This document shows, in pieces, positions 13,014-26,100 of a DNA stretch of 64,000 bases. The stretch's first letter is position 1; each line of letters opens with the position of its first letter. The notes beneath the pieces were generated by a model. The model saw nothing but the letters and a program-made list of their open reading frames with translations, did no database searches and had not been told where the DNA came from. Position numbers and translations under genes: made by a program. The stretch comes from Felis catus (taxonomy: Eukaryota). The stretch spans positions 133,054,001 to 133,118,000 of the forward strand of contig NC_058368.1 in the NCBI RefSeq assembly GCF_018350175.1. Direction: 5' to 3'.

Positions 13014-13217
13014 TTTTTTTAATTAAAAAAATGTTTATTTATTTTTGAGAGAGAAAGAGAGAGAGAGTGAGTCGAAGTGCAAGTGTGGGAGGGGCAGACA
13101 GAGAGGGAGACAGAATCTGAAGCAAACTTCAGGCTCAGAGCTGGAACTCATGAGTTGTGAGATCATGACCTGAGCTGAAGTCAGATGCTTAACCGACTGA
13201 GCCACCCAGGCACCCCC
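13014..13217 (-). mobile_element. CanSINE (internal deletion)
   Basis: TSD tagaatttagtat at 13001 and 13218. Confidence 0.94.
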
Positions 13218-14934
13218 TAGAATTTAGTATCTTTGAGGTTATCTGGGGTGCTAAGGAGGCTGGTCATGGTGCCTATTTAGAACATCAGATCTCAAGATTA
13301 TATGTGAGGGTAGCAGGACATCCCAACAATGACCCTTCCTGTGTTATGTAGGTAATCATGGTATTATGTCAGAAGGCAAGTAGGCCTGTTAGGACATTAC
13401 TTGGAAGTTACTTTGACCTTGCTTATAAAAATATCTGTGCATTCTTCTGTCTATTTGTGTTAGGATTTAGCTGGGGCATTGGCTTACATGGTGTGTCACA
13501 TGAGGTCAAAATAATCTCCCAAGTTTCTACTTGCCAAATTGTTTCTGATTTTATTTACATTTCCCAGGACTTAGTCACACATGGCTACGAGGAGAATAGG
13601 TTCTTGTGGCTAAAAAGCGAATCAGTGTCATTCTTTTGCAACAGGTTTTGTCAGCCCCCAAAAGGCACAGTATTTGATTTTCTTCCTTGAAAATTAGTTT
13701 CCTATCCTTTTCTCTCTCTGTTCCTTCGATTATTGTGAGCAATATTTGCAGACAACAGTGCCCTACTTTGCTATATTTAAGTAAGTCAAATTTATTATTG
13801 ACCTATTTTGACACAGACCAGACACACTTCAACATGATGCTAGTTGAAAGCATATGTTTTTAAGATCCCTATGGGGCAAACTGCATCACATTTTAAAATT
13901 CTTGAGCAAAGTCTGGGTAAATGGAATGATAAATTTCCCCAGCTGTTACAGAAATGCAATGATTTGTATTAAGAATCTGCCTGAATGCAGAGTCCTGAAT
14001 GAACTCTGTCTTTTTACTTATGTCCTTCCTTGTATACTCGCAGCTTGTCCCCAGTGCCCCTTAGGCAGCCCAAGCCCAAGGAACCCGGATCTCACTTTTA
14101 TCAATGAGAAAATCCTAAATGTGTTGACAATGAGACAGCCGGTAGAGAAATTGAAATTGAAGAGGAGAGGGGAAATGGAGGAGAGCTGTAGGAAAGCTCC
14201 TTCAGCTGGGTTCACCTGGGTCCCTTTAAACTTGCTGTCACTTCTGACATTTTTGCAGTGACTGTCACTAAAACAGGCATCATGGGCTGTGCTCTGCCCC
14301 GTGCTGTGTGTGTTAAAGGGCGGGGAAGAGCAGGAAAGCAGCGTGCTCAGTCGGAGGAGGGGGCAGGGCGGGGAGGAGCTGGGTGACAAAGAGCTGCCTG
14401 AGAGCCCAGGGCACCCAGGTGGTTTGGCAGCAAACGAGGGCCTGCTGTTGGCATGTATTCGCTGGGGTCCTCTGCTGTTACTGCCAGGGAGCGGCACTCA
14501 TTGCTGCAGGTGCCTTTAGAGCCCCCCCCCCACACCCCCACGGAGGCTGGGCCTCTCAGACCTGCCAGCCCTTCAGGCTCTTACCTGGCTCCCAGCACTC
14601 GCCCAGCCAGGCCCTCCTCAGGGGAGCTCTGTGGTGGGTTAAAATGAGGAATTTCTCCAGGGAGACGTTTGCATTTATTTTATTTTTTAATTATTTATTT
14701 TTTAAATTTATTTTTCCTAATATGAAATTTATTGTCAACTTGGTTCCCATACAACACCCAGTGCTCATCCCAACAGGTGCCCTCCTCAATGCCCATCATC
14801 CACCGCCCCCTCCCTCCCACCCCCCATCAACCCTCAGTTTGTTCTCAGTTTTTAAGGGTCTCTTATGTTTTGGCTCCCTCCCTCTCTAACCTTTTTTTCC
14901 TTCCCCTCCCCCATGGTCTTCTATTAAGTTTCTC

Positions 14935-17900
14935 AGGATCCACATAGAGTGAAAACATACGGTATCTGTCTTTCTCTGTGTGACTTATTTCACTTAGCAT
15001 AACCCTCTCCAGTTCCATCCACATTGCTACAAAAGGCCATATTTCATTCTTTCTCATTGCCAAGTAGTATTCCATTGCATATATAAACCACATCTTTATC
15101 CATTCATCAGTTGATGGACATTTGGCTCTTTCCATAATTTGGCTACTGTTGAAAGTGCTGCTATAAACATTGGGGTACAAGTTTGAAAGTGCTGCTCTAA
15201 ACATTGGGGTACAAGTGCCTCTAGGCATCAGCACTCCTGTATCCCTTGGGTAAATTCCTAGCAGTGCTATTGCTGGGTCATAGGGTAGATCTATTTTTAA
15301 TTTTTTGAAGAACCTCCACACTGTTTTCCAGAGTGGCTGCACCAGTTTGCATTCCCACCAACAGTGCAAGAGGGTTTCCCGTTTCTCCACATCCTCGCCA
15401 GCATCTATAGTCTCCTGATTTGTTCATTTTAGCCACCCTGACTGGTGTGAGGTGATATCTGAGTGTGGTTTGGATTTGTATTTCCCTGATGAGGAGCAAT
15501 GTTGAGCATCTTTTCATGTGTCTGTTGGCCATCTGGATGTCTTCTTTAGAGAAGTGTCTATTCATGTCTTCTGCCCATTTCTTCACTGGATTATTTGTTT
15601 TTCGGGTGTGGAGTTTGATGAGTTCTTTATAGATTTTGGATACTAACCTTTTATCTGATAAGTCATTTGCATATATCTTTTCCCATTCCGTCAGTTGCCT
15701 TTTAGTTTTGTTGATTATTTCCTTTACAGTGCAGAAGCTTTTTATCTTCATGAGGTTCCAATAGTTCATTTTTGCTTTTAATTCCCTTGACTTTGGAGAT
15801 GTGTTGAGCAAGAAACTGCTGCAGCTGAGATCAAAGAGGTTGTTGCCTGCTTTCTCCTCGAGGATTTTGATAGTTTCCTGTCTCACATTTAGGTCTTTCA
15901 TCCATTTTGAGTTTATTTTTGTGAATGGTGTAAAAAAATGGTCAACATTCATTCTTCTGCATGTTGCTGTCCAGTTCTCCCAGCACCATTTGTTAAAGAG
16001 ACTGTCTTTTCTCCATTGGATATTCTTTCCTGCTTTGTCAAAGATTAGTTGGCTATACTTTTGTGGGTCTAATTATGGGGTTTCTATTCTATTCCATTGG
16101 TCTATGTGTCTGTTTTTGTGCCAATACCATGCTGTCTTGATGATTACAGCTTTGTAGTAAAGCGTAAAGTCTGGGATTGTGATGCCTCCCACTTTGGTCT
16201 TCTTCTTCAATATTACTTTGGCTATCCGGGGTCTTTTGTGGTTCCATACACATTTTAGGATTTCTTGTTCTACCTTCGAGAAGAATGCTAGTGGTGCAAT
16301 TTTGATTGGGATTGCATTGAATGTGTAGATAGCTTTGGGTAGTATTGACATTTTAACAATATTTATTCTTCCAATCCATGAGCATGGAATGATTTTCCAT
16401 TTCTTTGTATCTTCTTCAATTTCCTTCATAAGCTTTCTATAGTTTTCAGCATACAGACTTATTACATCTTTGGTTAGGTTTATTCCTAGGTATTTTATGC
16501 TTCTTGGTGCAATTGTGAATGGGATCAGTTTCTTTATTTGTCTTTCTGTTGCTTCATTGTTAGTGTATAAGAATGCAACTGATTTCTGTACATTGATTTT
16601 GTATCCTGCGACTTTGCTGAATTCATGTATCAGTTGTAGCAGACTTTTGGTGGAGTCTATCAGCTTTTCCATGTATAATATCATGTCATATGCAAAAAGT
16701 GAAAGCTTGACTTCATCTTTGCCAATTTTGATGTCTTTGATTTCCTTTTGTTGTCTGATTGCTGATTCTAGGACTTCCAACACTATGTTAAACAACAGCG
16801 GTGAGAGTGGACATCCCTGTCATGTTCCTGATCTCATGGGGAAAGCTCTCAGTTTTTCCCCATTGAGGATGATATTAGCTGTGGGCTTGTCATAAATGGC
16901 TTTTAAGTATGTTACTTCTACCCCCACTTTCTTGAGGGTTTTTATTACGAAAGGATGCTGAATTTTGTCAAATGCCTTTTCTGCATCGATTGACAGGATC
17001 ATATGGTTCTTATCTTTTCTTTTATTAATGTGATGTATCACATTGATTGATTTGCGAATATTGAACCAGGCCTGCAGCCCAGGAATGAATCCCACTTAAT
17101 CATGGTGAATAATTCTTTTCATATGCTGTTGAATTCTATTTGCTAGTATCTTGTTGAGAATTTTTGCATCCATATTCATTGGGGATATTGGCCTGTAGTT
17201 CTCTTTTTTTGCTGGGTCTCTGTCTGGTTTAGGAATCCAAGGAATGCTGGCTTCATAGAATGAGTCTGGAAGTTTTCCTTCCCTTTCTATTTTTGGCACA
17301 GGTTGAGAAGGATAGGTATTATCTCTACTTTAAAAGTCTGGTAGAATTCCCCAGGGAAGCCATCTGGTCCTGGACTCTTATTTGTTGGGAGATTTTTGAT
17401 AACTGATTCAATTTCTTTGCTGGTTATGGGTCTGTTTAAGTTTTCTATTTCTTCCTGTTTGAGTTTTGGAAGTGTGTGGGTGCTTAGGAATTTGTCCATT
17501 TCTTCCAGGTTGTCCAGTTTGTTGGAATATAATTTTTCATAGTATTCCCTGATAATTGATGGTATTTCTAAGTGATTGGTTGTAATAATTCCATCTTCAT
17601 TCATGATTTTATCTAATAGGGTAATCTCCCTTTTCTTTTTGAGAAGACTGGCTAGAGGTTTATCAATTTTGTTTATTTTTTCCAAAAACCAACTCTTGGT
17701 TTCATTGATCTGCTCTACAGTTTTTTTAGATTCTATATTGTTTATTTCTGCTCTGATCTTTCTTATTTCTCTTCTTCTGCTGGGCTTGGGGTGTCTTTGC
17801 TGTTCTGCTTCTATTTCCTTTAGGTGTGCTGTTAGATTTTGTATTTGGGATTTTTCTTGTTTCTTGAGATAAGCTTGGATTGCAATGTATTTTTCTCTCA

Positions 17901-18782
17901 GGACTGCCTTCACTGCATCCCAAAGCGTTTGGATTGTTGTATTTTCATCTTCATTTGTTTCCATATATTTTTAAATTTCTTCTCTAATTGCCTGGTTGAC
18001 CCATTCATTCTTTAGAAGGGTGTTTTTTAACCTCCATGCTTTTGGAGGTTTTTCCAGACTTTTTCCTGTGGTTGATTTCAAGTTTCATAGCTTTGTGGTC
18101 TGAAAGTGTGCATGGTATGATCTCAATTCTTTTATGCTTGTTAAGGGCTGTTTTGTGACCCAGTATGTGATCCATCTTGGAGAATGTTCCACGTGCACTT
18201 GAGAAGAAAGTATATTCTGTTGCTTTGGCATGCAGAGTTCTAAATATATCTGTCAAGTCCGTCTGATCCAGTGTATCATTCAGGGCCCTTGTTTCTTTAT
18301 TGATCCTATGTCTAGATGATCTATCCAATGTTGTAAGTGGAGTATTAAAATCCCCTGCAATTACCACATTCTTATCAATAAGGTTGCTTATGTTTGTGAT
18401 TGTTTTATATATTTGGGGGCTCCCATATTCGGTGCTTAGACATTTATAATTGTTAGCTCTTCCTGATGGATAGACCCTGTAATTATTATATAATGCCCTT
18501 CTTCATCTCTTGTTACAGCCCTTCATTTAAAGTCTAGTTTGTCTGATGTAAGTATGGCTACTCCAGCTTTCTTTTGGCTTCCGGTAGCATGATAGATAGT
18601 TCTCCATCCTCTCGCTTTCAATCTGAAGGTGTCCTCAGGTCTAAAATGAGTGTCTTGTAGGCAGCAAATAGATGGGTCTTTTTTTTTTTTTTTTTTATCC
18701 ATTCTGATACCCTTTGTCTTTTGGTTGGAGCATTTAGTCCATTTACATTCAGTGTTATTGAAAGATATGGGTTTAGAGTCAT
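14935..18782 (-). pseudogene. Outer L1 ORF2 (APE endonuclease, reverse transcriptase, C-terminal domain), disrupted
   Basis: ATG at 18782 (MTLNPYLSITLNVNGLN). Fragments contain [57 protein letters not shown] (degenerate FADD), IKYLGINL and [16 protein letters not shown]. Many frameshifts and stops split it into multiple ORFs. The 3' end is approximate. Confidence 0.93.
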
Positions 18783-19919
18783 TGTGATGTCTGTAGGTTT
18801 CATGCTTGTAGTGATGTCTCTGGTACTTTGTGGTCCTTGCAACATTTCACTCACAGAATCCCACTTAGGATCTCTTCTTGGGCTGGTTTAGTGGTGATTA
18901 ATTCCTTCAGTTTTTGTTTGTTTGGGAAGACCTTTATCTCTCCTTCTTTTCTGAATGATAGACTTGCTGGATAAAGGATTCTCGGCTGCATATTTTTTCT
19001 GTTCATCACATTGAAGATTTCCTGCCATTCCTTTCTGGCCTGCCAAGGTTCAGTAGATAGGTCTGCCAGTAGTCTTATGGGTCCCCCTTTATAAGTTAGA
19101 ACCTGTTTATCCCTAGCTTCTTTCAGAATTTTCTCTTTATCCTTGTATTTGACCAGTTTCACTATGATATGCTGTGCAGAAGATCGATTCAAGTTATGTC
19201 TGAAGGGAGTTCTCTGTGCCTCTTGGATTTCAATGCCTTTTTCCTTCCCCAGATCAGGGAAGTGCTCAGCTATGATTTTTCAAGTACACCTTCAGTCCCT
19301 TTCTCTCTCTCTTCCTCTTCTGGAATTCCTATGATATGGATATTGTTCCGTTTGATTGCATCACTTAGTTCTCTGATTCTCCCCTCATACTCCTGGATTT
19401 TTTTATCTCTCTTTTTCTCAGTTTCCTTTTTCCATAATTTCATCTTCTAATTCACCTATTCTCTCCTCTGCCTCTTCAATCTGAGCTATGGTCGCCTCCA
19501 TTTTATTTTATGCCTCATTTATAGCATTTTTTAGCTCCTCATGACTATTTCTTTGTCCCTTGATCTCTGTAGCAATAGATACTCTGCTGTCCTCTATACT
19601 TTTTTCAAGCCCAGCAATTAATTTTATGACTATTATTCTAAATTCTTGTTCCATTATATTGCTTAAATCGTTTTTTTAAGTTTATTTTTTATTTTTTAAA
19701 ATTTACATCCAAATTAGTTAGTATATAGTGAAGCAGTGATTTCAGTAGATTCCTTAATGCCCCTTACCCATTTAGCCCATCCCCCCTCCCACAACCCCTT
19801 GAGCCACCCTCAGTTTGTTCTCCATATTTATGAGTCTCTTTTGTTTTGTCCCCTCCATGTTTTTATATTATTTTTGTTTCCCTTCCCTTATGTTCATCTG
19901 TTTTTTCTCTTAAAGTATT

Positions 19920-22900
19920 CATATGAGTGAAGTCATGATTTTTGTCTTTCTCTGACTAATTTCACTTAGCATAATACCCTCCAGTTCTATCCACATAGTT
20001 GCAAATGGCAAGATTTCATTCTTTTTGATTGCTGAGTAATACCCTGTTGTATATACATATACCACATCTTCTTTATCCATTCATCCATCAATGGACATTT
20101 GGGCTCTTTCCATACTTTGGCTATTGTTGATAGTGCTGCTATAGACATGGGGGTCATGTGTCCCTTTGAAACAGCACACCTGTATCCCGTGGATAAATGC
20201 CTAGTAGTGCAATTGCTGGGTCGTAGTGTAGTTCTATTTTTAGCTTTTTGAGAAACCTCCATACTGTCTTCCAGAGTGGCTGCACCAGCTTGCATTCCCA
20301 CCAACAATGCAAAAGAGAATCTCTTTCTCAGCATCCTTGCCAACATCTGTTATTGTCTGAGTTGTTAATGTTCGTCATTCTGACAGGTGTAAGGTGGTAT
20401 CTCATTGTGGTTTTGATTTGTAGTTCCCTGATGATGAGTGATGTGGAGCATTTTTTTCATGTGTCGGTTGGCCATCTGGATGTCTTCTTTGGAGAAGTGT
20501 CTATTCATGTCTTTTGCCCATTTCTTCACTGGATTATTTGTTTTTTGGGTGTTGAGTTTGATAAGTTCTTTTTAGATTTTGGATACTAACCCTTTATCTG
20601 ATAATGTCATTTGCAAATATCTTCTCCCATTCTGTCAGTTGCCTTTTTTGCTGATAGTTTCCTTAGCTGTGCAGAAGCTTTTTATCTTGATGAGGTCCCA
20701 GTAGTTCATTTTTGCTTTTGTTTCCCTTGCCTCCAGAGACGTGTTAAGTAAGACATTGCTGCGGGCAAGAGCAAAGAGGTTTTGCCTGCTTTCTCCTCGA
20801 GGATTTTGATGGCTTCCTGTCTCACATTGAGGTCTTTCATCCACTCTGAGTTTATTTTTGTGTATGGTGTAAGAAAGTGGTCCAGGTTCATTCTCCTGCC
20901 TGTCACTGTCCAGTTTTCCCAGTACCACTTGCTGAAGAGACTGTCTTTATTCCATTGGATATTCTTTCCTGCTTTGTCAAAGATTAGTTGCCCATACATT
21001 TGTGGGTCCATTTCTGGGTTCTCTATTCTATTCCATTGATCTGAGGGTCTGTTCTTGTGCCAGTACCATACTGTCTTGATTACAGCTTTGTAGTATAGCT
21101 TGAAGTCTGAGATTGTGATGCCTCCTGCTTTGGTTTTCTTTTTCAAGATTGCTTTGGCTATTCGGGATCTTTTCTGGATCCATACAATTTTAGGATTATT
21201 TGTTCTAGCTCTGGGAAGAATGCTGGTGTTACTTTAAAAAAAATATTTTTTTTTAACGTTTATTTATTTTTGAGACAGAACATGAACGGGGGAGGGTCAG
21301 AGAGACAGAGGGAGACACAGAATCTGAAACAGGCTCCAGGCTCTGAGCTGTCAGCACAGAGCCCGATGCAGGGCTTGAACTCACGAACGCAAGATCATGA
21401 CCTGAGCCGAAGTCGGATGCTTTAACCGACTGAGCCACCCAGGAGCCCCAAATGCTGGTGTTACTTTGATAAGGATCACGTTGAATATGTAGATTGCTCT
21501 GGGTAGTATCAACATTTTAACAATATTTGTTCTTGCTATCCAGCAGCGTAGAATCTTTTTCCATTTTTTATGTCTTCTTCAATTTCTTTCATCAGCTTTC
21601 TATAGTTTTCAGTATGTAGATTTTTCACCTCTTTGGTTAGATTTATTCATAGGTATTTTATGGTTTTTGGTGCAACTGTAAATGGGATCGATTCCTTGAT
21701 TTCTCTTTCTGTTGCTTCATTGTTGGTGTATAGGAATGCAACTGATTTCTGTGCATTGGTTTTATATCCTGCAACTTTGCTGAATTCATGAATTAGTTCT
21801 AGCAGTTTTTTGGTGGAATCTTTTGGGTTTTCCATATAGAATATCATGTCATCTGTGAAGAGTGAAAGTTTGACCTCCTCCTGGCTGATTTGGGTGTCTT
21901 TTATTTCTTTGTGTTGTCTGATTGCAGAGGCTAAGACTTCCAATACTATGTTGAATAACAGTGGCAAGAGTGGACATCTCTGTCTTGTTCCTGTCCTGAG
22001 GGGGAAAGCTGTCAGTGTTTCCCCAGTGAGGATGATATTAGCGTTGGGTTGCTCATATATGGCTTTTATGATCTTGAAGTCTGATCCTTCTATCTCTACT
22101 TTCTTGAGGGTTTTTATCAGGAAAGGATGCTGTATTTTGTCAAATGCTTTCTCTGCATCTATTGAGAGGATCATATGGTTCTTGTCCTTTCTTTTATTGA
22201 TGTGATGAATCACGTTAATTGTTTTGCAGATATTGAACCAGCCCTGCATCCCACATATAAATCCCACTTGGTCGTGGTGAATAATTTTTTTAATGTATTG
22301 TTGGATCCAGCTGGCTAATATCTTGTTGAAGATTTTTGCATCCAAGTTCATCAGAGAAATTGGTCTATAGTTCTCCTTTTTTAGTGGGGTCTCTGTCTGG
22401 TTTTGGAATCAGGGTAATGCTGGCTTCATAGAAAGAGTTTGGAAGTTTTCCTTCCATTTCTATTTTTTGGAACAGTTTCAAGAGAATAGGTGTTAACTCT
22501 TCCTTACATGTTTGATAGAATTTTCCTGGAAAGCCATCTGGCCCTGGACTCTTGTGTTTTGGCAGATATTTGATTACTAATTCGATTTCCTTACTGTTTA
22601 TGGGTCTGTTCAAATTTTCTATTTCTTCCTGTTTCAGTTTGGGTAGTGTATATGTTTCTAGGAATTTGTCCATTTCTTCCAGATTGCCCATTTTATTGGC
22701 ATATAATTGCTCATAATATTCTCTTATTATTGTTTTTATTTCTGTTGTGTTGGTTTTGATTTCTCCTCTTTTATTCTTGATTTTACTTATTTGGGTCCTT
22801 TCCTTTTTCTTCTTGATCAAACTGGCTAGTGGTTTATCAGTTTTGTTTACTCTTTCAAAGAACCAGCTTCTGGTTTCATTGATCTGTTCTACTGTTTTTT

Positions 22901-23961
22901 TGGTTTTGATAGCATTAATTTCTGCTCTAATCTTTATTATTTCCTGTCTTCTGCTGGTTTGGGTTTTTTTTGTTTTTGTTTTTTTTGCTGTTCTTTTTCC
23001 AGCTCCTTAAGGCGTAAGGTTAGGTTGTGTATCTGAGATCTTTCTTCTTTCTTTAGCAAGGCCTGGATTGCTATATATGCAGCCTTTGCTGCGTCCCAGA
23101 GGTTTTGGGTTGTGGTGCTATCATTTTGATTGACTTCCATATACTTTTTAATTTCTTCTTTAACTGCTTGGTTAGCCCATTCATTCTTTAGTAGGATGTT
23201 CTTCAGTCTCCGAAGAACAAAGGTAACTTTGTTACCTTTCCAAATTTTTTCTTGTGGTTGATTTTGAGTTTCATAGTTTTGTGGTCTGAGAATATGCACG
23301 GTATGATCTTGATCTTTTTGTACTTACTTAGGGCTGATTTGTGTCCCAGTATATGATCTATTCTGGAGAACGTTCCATGTGCACTGGAGAAGCATGTATA
23401 TTCTGTTGCTTTAGGATGAAATGTTCTGAATATATCTGTTAAGTCCATCTGGTCCAATGTGTCATTCAAAGCCATTGTTTCCTGGTTGATTTTTTGATTA
23501 GATGATTGTCCATTGCTGTGAGTGGGGTGTTGAAGTCTCCTACTATTATGGTATTACTATCGATGAGTTTCTTTATGTTTGTGATTGATTTATATATTTG
23601 GGTGTCCCACATTTGGCACATAAATGTTTACAATTGTTAGGTCTTCTTGGTTTATAGACCCCTTGATTATGATATAATGCCCTTCTGCATCTCTTGATAC
23701 AGTCTTTATTTTAAAGTCTAGATTGTCTGATAGAAGTATGGCTACTCTGGCTTTCTTTTGTTTACCATTAGCATGACAGATGTTTCTCTATCTCCTTATT
23801 TTCAATCTGTAGGTGTCTTTAGGTCTAAAGTGGGTCTCTTGTAAACAGCATATAGATGGGTCTTGTTTTCTTATCCATTCTGTTACCCTATGTCTTTTGA
23901 TTGGAGTATTGAGTCCATTGATGTTTAGAGTGAGTACTGAAAGATATGAATTTATTGCCAT
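19920..23961 (-). pseudogene. Inner L1 ORF2, disrupted
   Basis: ATG at 23961 (MAINSYLSVLTLNINGLN). Fragments include [50 protein letters not shown] and [10 protein letters not shown]. It has frameshifts and a SINE insertion at 21236-21450. The 3' end is approximate. Confidence 0.93.
21236..21450 (-). mobile_element. CanSINE inside inner L1 ORF2
   Basis: Perfect TSD aatgctggtgttacttt at 21219-21235 and 21451-21467. Confidence 0.96.
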
Positions 23962-24034
23962 TATGATGCTTGTAGAGTTGGAGTTTCTGGTGGTGTTCTC
24001 TCGTCCTTTCTAATCTTTTGTTGCTTTTGATGTA

Positions 24035-24046
24035 AATATACATATA

Positions 24047-24080
<34 letters not shown>

Positions 24081-24091
24081 AATATATATAA
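24035..24091. repeat. (TA)n microsatellite in the inner L1 inter-ORF spacer
   Basis: Read directly from the sequence. Confidence 0.92.
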
Positions 24092-24108
24092 TTTCATCTT
24101 TTCTCCCC

Positions 24109-24982
24109 TCAGAGAGTCACCCTTAATGTTTCTTGCAGGGCTGGTTTAGTGGTCACAAACTCCTTTAAGTTTTGTTTGTCTGGGAAAATTTTCTCTCCTA
24201 TTTTGAATGACAGCCTTGCTGGATAAAGAATTCTTGGCTGCATATTTTTCTGATTTAGCACACTGAATATATCCCACCACTCCTTTCTGGCCTGCCAGGT
24301 TTCTGTGGATAGTTTTGCTGCAAATCTGATCTGTCTTCCCTTGTAGGTTAGGGACTTTTTTTCCCTTGCTGCTTTCATGATTCTCTCCTTGCCTGAGTAT
24401 TTTGTGAATTTGACTATGATATGCCTTGCTGATGGTCAGTTTTTGTTGAATCTTATGGGAGCCCTCTGTGCCTCCTGGATTTTGATGTCTATGTCTTTCC
24501 CCAGGTTAGGTAAGTTTTCTGCTATGATTTGCTCACATAACCCTTCTACCCCTATTTCTCTCTTCCTCCTCTGGGACCCCTAGGATTCTTATGTTGTTCC
24601 TTTTTAATGAGTCACTGATTTCTCTAATTCTTAAATCATGCTCTTTTGCCTTAATCTCCCTCTTTTTCTCTGCTTCGTTATTCTGTATAAGTTTGTCCTC
24701 TATATCGCTGATTCTCTGTTCTGCCTCGTCCATCCTTGCTGACGCTGCATCCATCCATGATTGCAGCTCAGTTATAGCATTTTTAATTTCATTCTGGCTA
24801 TCTTTTACTTCTTTTATCTCTGCAGAAAGGGATTCTAATCTATTTTTGACTCTAGCTATTATTCTTATTATCGTGATTCTAAATTCGGGTTCAGACATCT
24901 TGCTTGTGTCTGTGTTGGTTAAATCCCTGGATGTCGTTTCTTCATCCTCTTTTTTTGGGGGTGAATTCCTTCGTTTTGTCAT
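24109..24982 (-). pseudogene. Inner L1 ORF1, frameshifted
   Basis: ORF 24982-24533 (MTKRRNSP, coiled coil, KRNNIRILGVPEEEE) and ORF 24378-24109 (ARKEWWDIF, PRILYPARLSF). Confidence 0.92.
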
Positions 24983-25066
24983 TTTGAAGGGAGAAAAGGA
25001 ATTAATGAAGTAGAAAAATAGAAATTAAAAAAATTAAAATTAAAAAAATATTAAATTTAAAAATTA

Positions 25067-25292
25067 GGGGCGCCTGGGTGGCTCAGTCAGTTGAGCATCC
25101 AACTTCAGCTCAGGTCATGATCTCGCGGTCTGTGAGTTCAAGCCCCACGTCAGGCTCTGGGCTGACAGCTCAGAGCCTGGAGCCTGCTTCATATTCTGGG
25201 TCTCCCTCTCTCTCTCTCTGCCCTCTCCCGCCCATTCTGTCTCTCTCTGTCACTCAAAAATAAATAAACACTAAAAAAAAAATTAAAAAAAA
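25067..25292 (+). mobile_element. CanSINE inside the inner L1 5'UTR, antisense to the L1
   Basis: Head ggggcgcctgggtggctcag, about 85 bp upstream of the ORF1 ATG, in an A-rich target. Confidence 0.95.
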
Positions 25293-25299
25293 TAAAATT

Positions 25300-26100
25300 A
25301 AATTAAAAACACACCCACACAAAAATCGAATAGGTGATGCTAGATCCCAGGTGTGTTTTGGTCTGGGTGTAGAAAGTGGTTTGACAGATTACAGAAAAAA
25401 TCAAACAAATGAAAAAAGGGGGGGGAGAGAAAAAAAAAGGAAATCGTTTGAGAATTTGAAAAATGAATACACTAAAGTAAACTAAAATACACAAAAGTAG
25501 AGAATATAGTAGAAAAAATTATGGAAAAATATTTTTAATAAAAATTAAAAAGAAATATGAATTTTTTCATTTTCTGTATTTAAGAAAAAAGAAAAATGAA
25601 AAAGAGAAAAAAGGTAAAAAAAGAAAAATGGAAAAGACAAAAAAAAGAAATCATTTGAAAATTTGAAAAAGTGAATACACTGTAGTAGACTCAAATAAAA
25701 TGATGGGAGTAAGATAGAATTTGAAAAAATTTTCTTAAAAGCAAAAAATATAGTAATAAGAATTAAATAAAAATATTTTTAAAGGAAATTGAAAGTAAAA
25801 ATGAAGTTGTTCTCTTTTTGCATTCAAGAAAATGAAAAGAAATGAAAAAGAGAAAAAAAAGAAAAAAAAAGGAAATTGTTTGAAAATTTGAAAAGGTGAG
25901 TACACTGAAGTAGACTAAAATAAAATGATGGAAGTAAAGTAGAATTTGAAAAAATTTACACAAAAGTAAAAAATATAGTAATAAAATTAAAGACAGATAT
26001 TTTTAATAAAAATTGAAAATTAAAATGTTTTTTCTCTTTCTGTATTCAAGAAAATAAAAGAATTGTAAAAGAGAAAAAGGAGGAAGAGAGGAAGAAAAAT
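25300..26100. repeat. Degenerate ~205-230 bp A-rich tandem array (about 3 units) in the inner L1 5'UTR
   Basis: The motif aaat[c/t][g/a]tttga[g/a]aatttgaaaa...gaatacact...aaatatagta...tatttttaa...tattcaagaaaa recurs near 25441, 25647 and 25873. Confidence 0.8.

Noticed and set aside
15801..25013. Hydrophobic plus-strand ORFs that look like membrane proteins
   Set aside because: They are antisense frames of the A-rich L1 ORF1 and ORF2.
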